Assembly (NCBI GenBank): GCA_964016885.1 | Contig: OZ024742.1 | Coordinates: 286,378,001-286,442,000 of the forward strand | Length of the DNA stretch: 64,000 nucleotides | Origin: Eledone cirrhosa | Lineage: Eukaryota | Direction: 5' to 3' | Shown: positions 41,830 to 54,329 of the stretch, one piece after another | Layout: every line of letters starts with the position of its first letter | How positions within the stretch are numbered: position 1 is the first letter of the stretch | Program-made: the position numbers and the translations under genes | The notes under the pieces: generated by a model | What the model saw: only the letters and a program-made list of their open reading frames with translations | Told to the model about the DNA's origin: nothing | Databases searched by the model: none

Positions 41830-43278
41830 CAATGTCGGACTTGAACCAAACACCACATCTAGCATCAAACACCAGGGGCACACCTTATACCACATACCCA
41901 ACACTAACTGATCTAATATAACACAAACAACGACATCCCTCTGGAACCCTGCGCAGGGAGAATACCCATTTATACCTCTACGTTAGGTGTGACAACATCC
42001 ACCCACTTGAACTGCACTACACCGCTCTATAGGTAATTTAAGCATGAATTGATTGGTTTTGTAGTGTTGTGCGGAGGAAGTGCCTTCCTTAGACAGATGA
42101 AAAACGATTTAATCTAGTAACGCTGTTGAGCAGTAGGACCAGGACGCTGAGTGCAGAGAATGAATGTATTGCAACTGGCGTGCGGGTTGTACATATATGG
42201 ATGATTTGACGGTCAGAGAGGGGTCATGAGGACTGCGGATTGACCTCTGGCCGGCCCTGGTGATGATTATCTTCCGACATCCAATGTAGCAAGCGATGAC
42301 CCAGAACTTACCAGAGATCATTGTGTCTTGAAGTGATTCTGCAATCACCGCGCCTGGTCCTATGAGTAGACTACAACCACAGAGATCATTAATTTAGAAT
42401 CCTCGCTCATCGTCTATAATATTCATTTGTGGCACCCTACGATGGGGGTTAATTCACCATAATAATACGAACACCTTCAGCACAACTTAATAAACTACTC
42501 TATAGTTAAAACACTTTATGCTTTAGAAATTTTTTGGAAGTTGCGCATAACCATAGAAATTAGGGTCTATATTGAGACACATTTCAATAGCTAGGTATGG
42601 AAACCCCGGAGTTACCTCCCCTCATGCATTAACTCCCCTTAGCCACACACACACTTCCGGGTAGTATTCAATGTCGTTTCTCGAAACGTAACAGCCTCCT
42701 GTATTGAACTAAAGAACATCAGACTACGATTCTCTAACTGGATTGTCAAACGCTCAATATCGAATTGTCGTGGATTATGTGAGGGGCATATAATCGAAAA
42801 ATACACTCCCCTGACCATGAAAATGTCGAAGTACATGAAGTACTTGTCATCCCTTCGCTGTGCATCTCCAATACTTTTAATATTTTTAATGCTTGCACTA
42901 TTTTTAATGCTTATATCATTTCTCCACACACAGACTATAACAATCATATAAAGAATTTCCCACCAGATCAACCAACCTAACACTCTTGTTTACCTACCTA
43001 AGTGCTCCTACTACACGTAACTCTCTGCCACACTATATAAACAAGACGCACGTGCTTGCCACACATATAACATTTGCACTATATAACCGCTTATCTTCAT
43101 GTTGTATTTTAACCTGTATTTTTGATTTTGTATTGTACCTTTTAATATGAATGTAATCTCGAAGTGTGTACTGCCACTCTAAATGCTGTAATGAATGTTG
43201 ACCCACAATATTTGCATATGTATCAGTATGTCTCTTGGCTGAAAAGGAGGTCATATAACTGTCCATTCATTAATAAAT

Positions 43279-43325
43279 TGCTCCGAAGAATCCAAACCTC
43301 GGTTTGGAGGAAACAGCTGTAAGCA
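43279..43325 (+). ncRNA. Type I hammerhead motif, U4C variant, at the likely 3' end of the PLE remnant
   Basis: Reads TGCT-CCGAAGA-A-TCCAAACC-TC-GGTTTGGA-G-GAAAC-AGCT-GTA-AGCA. All stems are perfect and stem III is the palindrome ACAGCTGT. Confidence 0.7.
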
Positions 43326-43382
43326 CAATAATGTTTTGAACAGTTCTTTGATTCTTATATTTCATACACATATATATATATA

Positions 43383-43413
<31 letters not shown>

Positions 43414-43429
43414 GCACACACACACACGA

Positions 43430-43474
<45 letters not shown>

Positions 43475-43670
43475 CACATACATAGATATTCTATTCAATG
43501 CGTTGGTGGAGAGAAGTAGCAGTAAAGACGGGAAAGCAAGGCAAGTCTTAATGTGTCAGTATGTCAGTATGTCAATATGATGAAAAGATAGAATGTTATT
43601 CCTCGTTAATCATAATCGTACTTTCTTTTACTATTATATATTGAGAGGTCGTCATTATCAGGCTAGACTT

Positions 43671-44006
43671 TATCCCAGTTTCAGGCGCCATTAAATTGGA
43701 CCATATCCCAGTTTAAGACGCCATTAAACTGGACCATATCCCAGTTTCAGGTACCATTAAGCTGGACCATATCCCAGATTCAGATGCCATTAAACTGGAC
43801 CATATCCCAATTTAAGACGCCATTAAACTGGACCTTTTCCCAGTTTCAGGCTCCATTAAGCTGGATCATATCCTAGTTTCAGGTGCCATTAAACTGGACC
43901 ATATGCCAGTTTCAGGCTCCATTAAGCTGTAGCATATCCCAGTTTAAGACGCCATTAAACTGGACCTTATCCCAATTTCAGGTGCCACAAAGCTGGACCA
44001 TATCCC
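43671..44006. repeat. 33-bp minisatellite, about 10 copies (CCATTAAACTGGACCATATCCCAGTTTCAGGTG)
   Basis: Seen directly. Each unit has an internal AAACTGG/CCAGTTT inverted repeat. Confidence 0.88.
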
Positions 44007-44378
44007 CCTTTTCTATATATGTATTTTTCTTATTATTAAAGGACAGAGTACCTCGTGGTCCCAGCCGACAAGACGAAGAAGATATTGTCCTGGAGGACGG
44101 CGAGGGCGACGCACTGGAATAACCACTCCGATAGCATATGTTTATATATTTATAAATGTGGCCAGACGCATATAGAAAATGTATTATTTCTGTGGAACAA
44201 CTTATGTCAAAATAACTTCGAAATAGTTGAGTCTTTAAAATGACCAATAATTTAAATTGAAAATCAAGTCTCTTTCCAGTCTCTTTCATTGTCAACATTT
44301 CGATAATTTTATTTTAAAAAAACCATTAAACCCTATGGTGTGGAAAGTAAATGAATCTATTACACACACACACACACA

Positions 44379-44433
<55 letters not shown>

Positions 44434-45119
44434 TCTCTTTTTCACTCTCTCTCACCCTCTCTCCCTCTCTCTCTCACACACACACATACACACACACACA
44501 CTAACTACCTTTCTTTTCTCTCACTCTCACTCTAACATTACCTTTCCTACTTTAAAATACAGTATCGATCTTGACTCTCTTAAACTAAAACTAAGCAACA
44601 CCTTGAAGAGATCCAGCTAAAATCGAAATACGAAATACATAGACTAAATACTATTCTGTAGCTCAGCTTTAGTTAATGTTACCATGAATTAGTTAAGTAT
44701 GAGCTTGATTCTCCATCTTCACAAGAGTATAAAATAAATGCACGAATCAGAATGAAGCTCGGTCAATTGTTGTTTGTAATATAAAGGTGAAGCCATTGCC
44801 ATAGTTCAGCTACAAGTTGTTTCAGCAGACGAACAGGAATGCTGACAGACGTTTGAGATGTGTACGTCTAAGTTTATATTCTTCCTACTACTACTACTAC
44901 TACTACTACTACTCCTACTACTACTCTTCCTCCTTCTCGCCCATCATCCATCTTCCCCCTGTCTGGATATAATTGACATTTTATTTATAGTTTGAACTAC
45001 AAATAGACTGCATCTATTTACTTTGCTAAAACAAGTTCAAAATTGATCGGTAAAGCTGGCAGCTCTTAAGTTTAGCGTCTGTCACTAAGAGAGTGAGAGA
45101 GTTGATTGTTAACTTTATG

Positions 45120-45490
45120 GTAGAGCCGCTACTTCTCCGATACGAGAGATCACATCTCTGGTATTACGGACATGTGGTTAGAATGTCTCAGGAAATAATA
45201 GCTGGATAGATTTTACGAAGGGTCTATAAAGTAACGCTACTCGATAGAGTGCGTAGCCAGGAGATCAGAGAGTCACTCCAGGTAGAACCGCTACTTCCCC
45301 GAATCGAGAGATCACAGCTCCGGTATTATGGACATGTGATTAGAATGTATCAGGAAAGAATCGCTGGACAGATTTTACGGGGGAAAATCAACCAGCAGGA
45401 GACTCAGAGGTAGACCCCGAGCAAGATGGTTGAATAATATCCATGAGCTTGGCTGGTGGCGCTTGGGGATTCAACCAGATCAACTGGGCT
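45120..45490 (+). mobile_element. RTE-like LINE 3' fragment with an internal duplication
   Basis: Reverse-complement match to 15330-15580. The block TAGA.CCGCTACTT..GGACATGTG..TAGAATG occurs twice. Confidence 0.7.
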
Positions 45491-45692
45491 CGAGACAGAC
45501 TTTATACATTTTTGTTGAGAATGGGGGGGGGGGGGAACACGTGCGAGTGGAAGAAAAGAAAGGAGAGTTGAGGGAGATAAAAAGGGGATCTGCATACCTA
45601 GATATATCGGTAACTAGATGAATGAATCAGAATGTAGATTTTCTAGAGCATTGGAAAGGTGGCTGACTGGGGTAGGTGAACGGGGTATCTCG

Positions 45693-46215
45693 ACGCAGCA
45701 TAGCCGAATGGTTAAAATAGTTCTATTAGGTCCCGTGTTCGATCCCACTGACATCTTGAGCAAGTTTTATTCATCATAAACACGAGCCAACCCAATCCTT
45801 GTGAGTGAAACTGGGTGGACAGAAATTGGTTGGAAGCTCGTCAGATGGACTGCACCTGTAATATAATGGGCCAGCCTTGTTACACAGATTTCATCATTCT
45901 GAATCTCCCTGAGAATTACGTTAATGGGTAAACGTGTCTGTGGAATGCTCAGTCACTTACATGTTAATTTCCTAAACAAGCTGTTCTATTGATCGAACAA
46001 CTGGGTCGACCCATTCCTTGTGAGTGAAACAGGATGGATGGAAACTGCTTGGGCTGTACCTGTAATTCAAACGGGCTTCTATTGTCACAAACTGTATTAC
46101 ACTGAACTTCCCTCCTTGAGAACTATATTAAGGGTACACGTGTCTGTGGAAAGCTCAGCCACTTACACGGTAATTTAGCGAGCAAGCTGTTCCATTGTTC
46201 TTGTTCGAACAAAAG
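45693..46215 (+). mobile_element. tRNA-headed SINE with a partly duplicated body
   Basis: A-box-like TAGCCGAATGG, B-box-like GTTCGATCCC and TTGAGCAAG. CCTTGTGAGTGAAAC and CGTGTCTGTGGAA each occur twice. Confidence 0.65.
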
Positions 46216-46229
46216 AAACACTCCCCGCC

Positions 46230-46650
46230 GAAACTGCCGAATAATCCATTGGATATCTAGATGTTAAGATATCATATAACTCCCCGCTACTCCTTGCTGT
46301 GACCGACGAATCATCCATTAAGATATCATATAACTCCAAGCCACTCCTCGCCGTAACTGTCGAATGATCCATTAAGATATCTATATATTGTATCCAACCA
46401 ATGATCCATTAAGATATCTATATATTGTATCCAACCAATAATCCATTAAGATATCTATATATTGTATCCAACCAATGATCCATTAAGATATCTATATATT
46501 GTATCCAACCAATGATCCATCAGATATCTATATATTAAGATATCATATAGCTCCCAGCCACTCCTCGCCGTCACTGTCGAATGATCCATTAAGATATCTA
46601 TATATATCAAGATATCTATATGTTAAGAGATATATAACTGCCAGCCACTG
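46230..46650. repeat. Tandem repeats, including a 37-bp unit (ATGATCCATTAAGATATCTATATATTGTATCCAACCA) x4-5
   Basis: Seen directly; the array starts at the SINE tail. Confidence 0.8.
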
Positions 46651-47516
46651 GTTGCATGTATAGAAGACATGACTGCAGTTGTTACTGCTGCAATTGATGT
46701 AGTGTAGTGTTTAATATAAACCTGCAGCAGCACATTCCAGTGCAACCCACTGCATTCCACTGCATTCCACCAATACTTTTGCATAATCTGAACATCTGTA
46801 GCTTTTGTTTTGTTTTTTACTTTTATCTAGCTTTTTATTTGTTTATTTATTTGTTTGTTTGTTTGTTTGTTTGTTTGTTTGTTTGTTTGTTTGTTTGTGT
46901 TTTTTTTTATATATTCTCTCTCTCTCTCTCTTTTTTCTTTAGTTAACTCACGTAGACCCAAGATTCACAGATGCACACTTATACATACACACACTCTCTC
47001 TCTCTGACACACACACACACTCTGACTCACATCAAACCCACTGACACACACATAAACTGACTCACACACAAACACACTGACACACTCCCACACACACAAA
47101 CACTCATACACAGACACACAGACTCACACATCCTGACTCACATCAAACACACTGACACACACTCATACACACACAGAAACTGACTCACATCATACACACT
47201 GACACACAGCCACTCACACACACACACACTCATACATACACTCACTCTGTCACACACACACATACATACAAACACACTCATACACACACACACACTGACA
47301 TCCACTCATACACACATAAACACACTCACACACACTGACACGATGGTTGCTAAACACTGTACGGCTTAATTCGGGATGTTTGTTTACAAACATCCCGAGC
47401 ATTATAATAAATGCTCGGTAAATCCATACGTACATATATATATGTGTGCATGTATGTATATATATATACATACTACTGTGCGTCTGTATACATATATGTA
47501 TGTACGTATACATACT

Positions 47517-47562
<46 letters not shown>

Positions 47563-47661
47563 CATATCTAAACTATAATAAAGGAAGGTCTGCGAGATTG
47601 CGTACGTTTTTTTTTTGTTGTCCCGTTAGTAAAATAAGTTGGATTACTTTGAATAAATAAT

Positions 47662-47832
47662 TGTTTCTACTTTTGGCACAAGGCCAGTGTATTACTGGTA
47701 CTTTATTTTATCGACCCAGTAAGGATGAAAGGCAAAGTTAACTTCGGCGGGATTTGAACTCATAAAGGGCCGTAACTCTTTGCTGCAAAGCATGGCGTCC
47801 GACCCTCTAACGATACTGCCAATCCACCGCCC
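47662..47832 (-). mobile_element. tRNA-derived SINE with 18-bp TSD TTACTTTGAATAAATAAT
   Basis: Family match. TSD copies at 47644-47661 and 47834-47851. Confidence 0.88.
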
Positions 47833-47905
47833 TTTACTTTGAATAAATAATGAATGAATATTACATAATTTATCTACTAAATTTCGTGGCTGTTCATTAT
47901 ATATA

Positions 47906-48655
47906 ATAGCAGAAAAACCACCCTTCGGGTGGTTTTCTGCTAGCATGTGTAGTATGTATATTGATATTATACGCAAGTATATATACATGTAGATATGATA
48001 CATCAAATAAAATCGTAATTGACAATATAAACAGAAATTGAAAGAAGACTGTGTTACATTGTCTTATGTAATCAGTAACGTAATCCATGATACATTAAAA
48101 GAAGACGATATTATATATAAACTGCATTAGGAGAAAATTAGTGACAGAAAATTAGTATGTTTATTTAAGTGATCGCCACCGGAAGTGTTGACATCACACA
48201 CTCTCTTTTTCTATATATATATATATGGTAGTTGAAAAGAAGTCAATTTTAAATTATTTATTTTTACGAAATTATTTTTGTTTACGAAATTTAGTAGATA
48301 AATTATGTAATATTCATTCATTATTTATCCAAAGTAATGAATGAATATTACATAATTTATGTACTAAATTGGGCGGGGGGTTGGCAGTATCGGTAGGGGG
48401 TCGGACGCCTTGCTTTGCAGCAAAGAGTTACGGCCCTTTATGGTCTGAGTTCAAATCCCGCCAAGGTTAACTTTGCCTTTCATCCTTACGGGGTCGATAA
48501 AATAAAGTACCAGTAATACACTGGGATAATTGCTGGCCTTGTGCCAAAAGTAGAAACAATTATTTATTCAAAGTAATCGAACTTATTTTACTAACGGGAT
48601 AAAAAAAAAATAAACCGTACGTAGTCCCGCAGACCTTCCTTTATTATAGTTTAGA
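47906..48655 (-). mobile_element. Probable non-autonomous Helitron (inner copy, opposite orientation)
   Basis: On minus it starts A|TCTAAACTATAATAAAGGAAGG at 48655 and ends in the same hairpin (47907-47942). It is collinear with the outer copy. Confidence 0.6.
48371..48558 (+). mobile_element. tRNA-derived SINE, full length
   Basis: GGGCGGGGGGTTGGCAGTATCGGTAG..GAGTTCAAATCCC..GGGGTCGATAAAATAAAGTACCAGT..GTAGAAACA. Confidence 0.88.
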
Positions 48656-49043
48656 TTTTGTTTATTTAAAAATTCACTTCTTTAAAATTTCTGAAATGTC
48701 AACACTTCCGGTTGGCTATCGCTAAGTTTCTGTCACTAATTTTCTCCTAATGCAGTTTATATATAATATCGTCTTTTTTAATGTATCATGGATTACGTTA
48801 CTCATTAAATAAACAGTGTAACGCAGTTCAATTTCTATGTATTATATATTGTCAATTACGACATATCATATCATATGTAAATATACCTGTGTATAATATC
48901 AATATACACACTAAACATGCTAGCAGAAAACCACCCGAGGGTGGTTTTTCTGCTAGTATATATAATGAAAAATTCCCATTTTTCATTATACAACAATAGG
49001 ACAGAACAAAGGAGAGGCACAAAAACAAAGAAAAGAATCCCCA

Positions 49044-49086
49044 GTCACTGAAGAGGTCACATAATGTGTGATGAAAGAACTTTGAC
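49044..49086 (+). ncRNA. Minimal type I hammerhead motif just upstream of the PLE ORF
   Basis: Reads GTCA-CTGAAGA-G-GTCACA-TAATG-TGTGAT-GAAAG-AA-CTT-TGAC. Stem I is GTCA/TGAC. Confidence 0.68.
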
Positions 49087-49192
49087 AATATATGAACAAT
49101 CGTCTGGTTGTGTAACCAACCAACCAACCAGAAATTTATAAATTCTTAAATTTATAAATTTAATTTATAATAAATTGGAGTGAAAGCAACTG

Positions 49193-51007
49193 GTGCGTGT
49201 GTTTCTTATTGGCAACATGACCCTCCCAAAGTATAACAATATCGGTTTCAACACACGATTTCAGATAAAGAATCTTGCTAAACAAATTCAGAAACGAAAT
49301 ATATATATATATATATATATATATTTAACAAATTTTGAATACAAAACCAGCAACCTTTGCGGACTTCCGAAGATCCACAAATGTAAAATAATCAACGATG
49401 CCTGTAAACAATCCACCTCAGCCTGCGTGAACACACAATACCCCACAGACCTTAAATTAAGACCAATTGTAGCGGGCCCACAATGTGAAACACACAGATT
49501 GAGCAACTTTATAGACATACTACTGAAACCAATACTGAAACACATACCAAGCCTTGTAAGAGACGATCTGGACCTCTTAAACCACCTCCCCAAACATGTC
49601 AACAACGACACTATTATTGTGTCTTTCGATGTAGTGAATCTCTACACAACGATCCCACACCAATACGGACTAGAAGTAATAGGATTCTGGCTAGAGAAAT
49701 ATCCCAATGAGATACCTGACAGAATAGAAAAAAGCTTCATCACCGAGGGATTAAAATTCATCCTACAGAACAACTTTTTTGATTTCGATGGCAATACTTA
49801 CAAGCAAATATCGGGGACTGCGATGGGCACAAAAGCCGCTCCAACTTATGCCAACTTAGTCATGGCATACTTAGAAGTCCAGATATATGAACAGTCCAAA
49901 TCAAAATACGGATTGAACTTCCACAAATATTTATCAGAGAATTGGAAACGCTACTTGGATGATTGCCTCATTCTTTGGTCCCACACACTCGACCAACTGA
50001 AGGATTTCAAAAACTTAATAAACGGCATCAATAACCACATCCAATTCACAATGGAATACAGCCAAGATCAACTCCCATTTCTGGGCATCTTAATCACAAA
50101 AAAAGACACAAATATCGAAACTGACATACACTACAAACCAACAGATTCCAAACAATATCTGCTATTCACCTCCAACCATCCAAAGCACACGAAGACGAAC
50201 ATTCCTTTTAACCTAGCAAGAAGAATTTGCACAATTGTCTCCAATTATGAAACGCGAAATAAAAGACTTCAAGAATTAAAGGAAATTCTACTTGAGAGAG
50301 AGTACCCACTATTACTAATAAATAATGGAATAGAAAGGGCTAAAGCAATAGGCATTGATGAATTACGGAAACAGAAACAAATTCAAGGTACGTCCAATAT
50401 TCTATCATATATCTCAACACACAACCCAAGAAATGCGGAAGCTTACAACACTATTCACAATAACATCCCACTACTAAAACAAAACCCAAGAATGAAAAAA
50501 GCCCTTGAAACACACAAAATAATCAAAAGCAAAAGACAACCAAAATCACTGAAAACATTACTCACCAATGCCAAATTACCTACCACAAACCCACAACCAA
50601 GTATCAAAAAATGTGGTCGCTCTAATTGTGGAACCTGCACTCACCTCATTGAAGGCAACACGCATACATTTAAATCAGGACAAAATTTTACTGTAAAAAA
50701 TCACTTCACTTGCTCATCAAAAAACCTAATTTATGCCATTAAATGTAAAGGATGCAATGAAGATTATATAGGACAAACTAAACTCACACTCAGAAACAGA
50801 ATGACAGTTCATCGCCAACAATTACGAGATCCAACCACGAGACAGATACCACTAAGTGCACATCTAGACATTTGCGCAAGTAATAAGACACCCAAATTCC
50901 AAGTCTTCCCATTTTACCTTTGCGCTAACAATACAACAGAACAAATGCGAATAAATAAGGAAAATATGTTTATTCAAAAATATAGACCAACATTAAATAA
51001 GGTTTAA
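49193..51007 (+). CDS. Penelope-like element reverse transcriptase + GIY-YIG endonuclease (5'-truncated, Neptune-type Cys linker); real homology starts at about 49325, after a (TA)n tract
   Basis: RT motifs GLPKIHK, LRPIVAG, SFDVVNLYTTIP, GTAMGTKAAPTYANL and RYLDD; thumb YKPTD..SNHPKH; linker CGRSNCGTC; endonuclease NLIYAIKCKGCNEDYIGQT..LRNRMTVH..ENMFIQKYRPTLN. No stops over about 560 codons. Confidence 0.93.
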   Translation: MRVFLIGNMTLPKYNNIGFNTRFQIKNLAKQIQKRNIYIYIYIYLTNFEYKTSNLCGLPKIHKCKIINDACKQSTSACVNTQYPTDLKLRPIVAGPQCETHRLSNFIDILLKPILKHIPSLVRDDLDLLNHLPKHVNNDTIIVSFDVVNLYTTIPHQYGLEVIGFWLEKYPNEIPDRIEKSFITEGLKFILQNNFFDFDGNTYKQISGTAMGTKAAPTYANLVMAYLEVQIYEQSKSKYGLNFHKYLSENWKRYLDDCLILWSHTLDQLKDFKNLINGINNHIQFTMEYSQDQLPFLGILITKKDTNIETDIHYKPTDSKQYLLFTSNHPKHTKTNIPFNLARRICTIVSNYETRNKRLQELKEILLEREYPLLLINNGIERAKAIGIDELRKQKQIQGTSNILSYISTHNPRNAEAYNTIHNNIPLLKQNPRMKKALETHKIIKSKRQPKSLKTLLTNAKLPTTNPQPSIKKCGRSNCGTCTHLIEGNTHTFKSGQNFTVKNHFTCSSKNLIYAIKCKGCNEDYIGQTKLTLRNRMTVHRQQLRDPTTRQIPLSAHLDICASNKTPKFQVFPFYLCANNTTEQMRINKENMFIQKYRPTLNKV

Positions 51008-51484
51008 TATACATTATGTCAACACCACAATATGACATACACACACACACATAACACCTTCTACTTTAGAAAATAAAAACCCGAACTAAATAAACCTTAA
51101 CATACGTTTGCACTGGCAATACAACAGCAAACACGAAAAAGTAAGGAAAATATGTTCATTCAAAAATATTCCTACTAAAGGAATCACTTTCCTACACATA
51201 CACACACACACAATATATATATATATATATATTCTCTTCATCTAAACATGCTAACCATACTCCCACACACATAACACCCATACACACACATAACAACCCT
51301 CACACCTACAACTCCCTCCCCATTTCTACTAATAGAACCACTTTCCTACACACATATATATATACACACACACAAAATATATATTCTCTCCATCTTAACA
51401 TACTCGCACACACACACATAACACCCATATACACACACACACAACTCCCTCCCCCATCTCTACTAATAGAATCATCTTCCAATA

Positions 51485-51546
<62 letters not shown>

Positions 51547-51930
51547 TGCACACACACAAGCACACAAATAAACATACATATCTTCAGTCTCAATAGAAAA
51601 TCTGAACTCTGACACCCCGGCGAGCTGGCCATATTCACTGAACCAGAACATTTCTCCCAATCCCTTTTCTCTTGACCACTATCTCTCCATTGTCATAACA
51701 TTCACTATAAAGACTACAGAATAGTTTTCCAAATAAGGGCGCAAAAATGTAATAAAAACTTGTTCACGTGACAGCCAAATTTCATTTATAACCAACCAAA
51801 AAAAAGCCTTCGTGAGCCTCCTTTTTTCAAGTTAAAAGAAATTCAAACACTCATATATGAAAAAACAACCTGTGACAACAACAACAACCCCCCCCCTCTC
51901 TTATTTGAAGAACTATTGTAACAAAAACCT

Positions 51931-52131
51931 CAGACTAGCTGACACTCACTGTAAAGTGTCTAGTGAAAAGCTGAGTACATGTACATATGTATACATGTGT
52001 GTATTTATATGCATACTAATACTTCCGTATACATATGTAGATGTACACTTTAACTTAATTGTTTGAGCGTCAGTCATACAAAAGTGAGTTAGAAGCGAAA
52101 CGAAATTTAATTTCGTTTCGTTATTTGTTTT

Positions 52132-52162
<31 letters not shown>

Positions 52163-52579
52163 GTGAGGTTTTTTTTACAATAGTTTTTATCGTTTCCGCT
52201 GAACCGGTGCGTACAATGACTCACGTCCTATGCAAATTAGTCTACCCACTACTAATTTTCATAGAAAAAGCATATAACGATATGTGCTTTTACAATTCTC
52301 CAGAGAAGCCGGAAGATGGGTAAATATTGCTGATGAGATGTAATAACATCGAAACTAGTCCAATATTCCTGTCTGGCCCTCTGGAGAATAGAGGAAATGT
52401 GTTTCCTTGAAAACCCGTATGACTCTAAAACCCGGTCCGTCTGTGTGGTTACATACAGACTAGCTGACACTCACTGTAAAGTGTCTAGTGAAAAGCTGAG
52501 TACATGTACATATGTATACATGTGTGTATTTATATGCATACTAATACTTCCGTATACATATGTAGATGTACACTTTAAC

Positions 52580-52586
<7 letters not shown>
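51931..52586 (+). repeat. ~130-bp identical direct repeat (51931-52060 and 52456-52585) in the PLE 3' region
   Basis: CAGACTAGCTGACACTCACTGTAAAGTGTCTAGTGAAAAGCTGAG..TTTAACTTAATT occurs twice. Confidence 0.85.
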
Positions 52587-52621
<35 letters not shown>

Positions 52622-53391
52622 TAGCGAGAATCGTATTTCAGCTCAGGAATTAACGAAAATCAACGTCCGATATGTGTGGCAAGCGCTCGATGATTCATGT
52701 GAATCAGAGCTACAACATACGTTAAGAGCCAAACACACTGAGATGATGGTTAAACATAACATCCGCACAGCCAAAACAAACGACCAAGTAATTCGGGTCA
52801 AACAATAAAAATATATGTGTTGATACTTTCCCGGACACTGGACTGATGGTAAAATCCAGTATTGGTTTCTGCGACTCCAAAATCAGGTACTGTCCGCCTA
52901 CATAAAGAATGTTGGGCTTCTGGTAAGATGATTGAACAAGGAAGCCGTGTTATCAACGGGCTTTGCTCCAAAATGCTATAGATAAGTGTGGCTATTACTG
53001 ACCCCACGTGGGGTTCAGCAAGGGAGGCAACACCTCTATTAGGCGAATGATTCAGTTGTGTATAATATTGCGAGAATGCAAAATATCACAAATCGAATAA
53101 AGCTCTCGACAGAATGGTTAAATATATATAAGAATAACTATGTTGCTTGTGTTTATTTCCATCTTCGGTTAGCTTCCCCCTGTGTTGTTTACTTGTCTCA
53201 CTCGCTTTACGCGTTTCTATTGTCCTAATAACTTATTTTAGTTATTATCGCTCCAACGTGAGGTATATGATTTTTAATGCGATGAAATACCCATGATCGT
53301 TTGGTAAATCACTGATGAGGGACTCATTTTATAACATGTTATCCATGTGCAACCAGCAGTATTCTTCTCACCCATATTTTTCATATATATA

Positions 53392-53478
<87 letters not shown>

Positions 53479-53832
53479 ATTCCTTTTTACCATCTTTGTA
53501 TTCTTATTGTATTTCTTTCTACTCCCCATCCCCGCTTCCATGCTCTGTCTGTCTCTCTCCCACCCCCTCTCTGTCTCTCCCTCCCTCTCTCTCTCTCACT
53601 CCCTCTCTCATTCACACACACTCTCTCCCCTCTCTCATCACATACGGCTACTCTCTCATAACCTTTCTCTCTAACTCGCCCAATTCCGCACCCTCTTTCT
53701 AAATCTCTTTCTTTCGTTCGTCTGGTTCGTTTTCACAGTGACCTCTGCCTGTCTGTCTCTCTCTATGTTTCTCAGTCTATTTTCTCGTCTCTCTTACTCT
53801 CTAGCTTTCTGTATAACTCTCTCTGTATAAAC

Positions 53833-53915
<83 letters not shown>

Positions 53916-53933
53916 TATATATATGTGTGTGTG

Positions 53934-53999
<66 letters not shown>

Positions 54000-54012
54000 C
54001 ACACGCGCATAC

Positions 54013-54116
<104 letters not shown>

Positions 54117-54329
54117 AGAAAAAGAGAGAGTGTGGGAGGGGAGAAGTAAGTAGGTAGGTAGGCAGGTCACTCTATATGTGCGGTTGTGTGTGAGGTGGGT
54201 AGGGGTGGGGGTAAGAAGCGAGAGGGTGTAAGGGTGTGGGATGTGGGGCGAGAGGGTGTGGGGAGGTATATGTAGCCTCAGCGATTCCAATTTCGGCAGA
54301 TTCCTTATGGCAGTGCCACTGCATATGTG

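Larger units (their letters stand above)
47567..48956 (+). mobile_element. Probable non-autonomous Helitron (outer copy), interrupted by an inverted copy of itself
   Basis: Starts A|TCTAAACTATAATAAAGG and ends with the hairpin TAGCAGAAAACCACCC-GA-GGGTGGTTTTTCTG then CTAG|T. Confidence 0.6.

Noticed and set aside
43671-44006. Palindromic 33-bp repeats as a CRISPR array
   Set aside because: The units are contiguous with no spacers.
45693-45750. tRNA gene (also 48371-48460 and 59066-59130)
   Set aside because: A/B-box-like motifs are present, but there is no cloverleaf and each continues into a SINE body.
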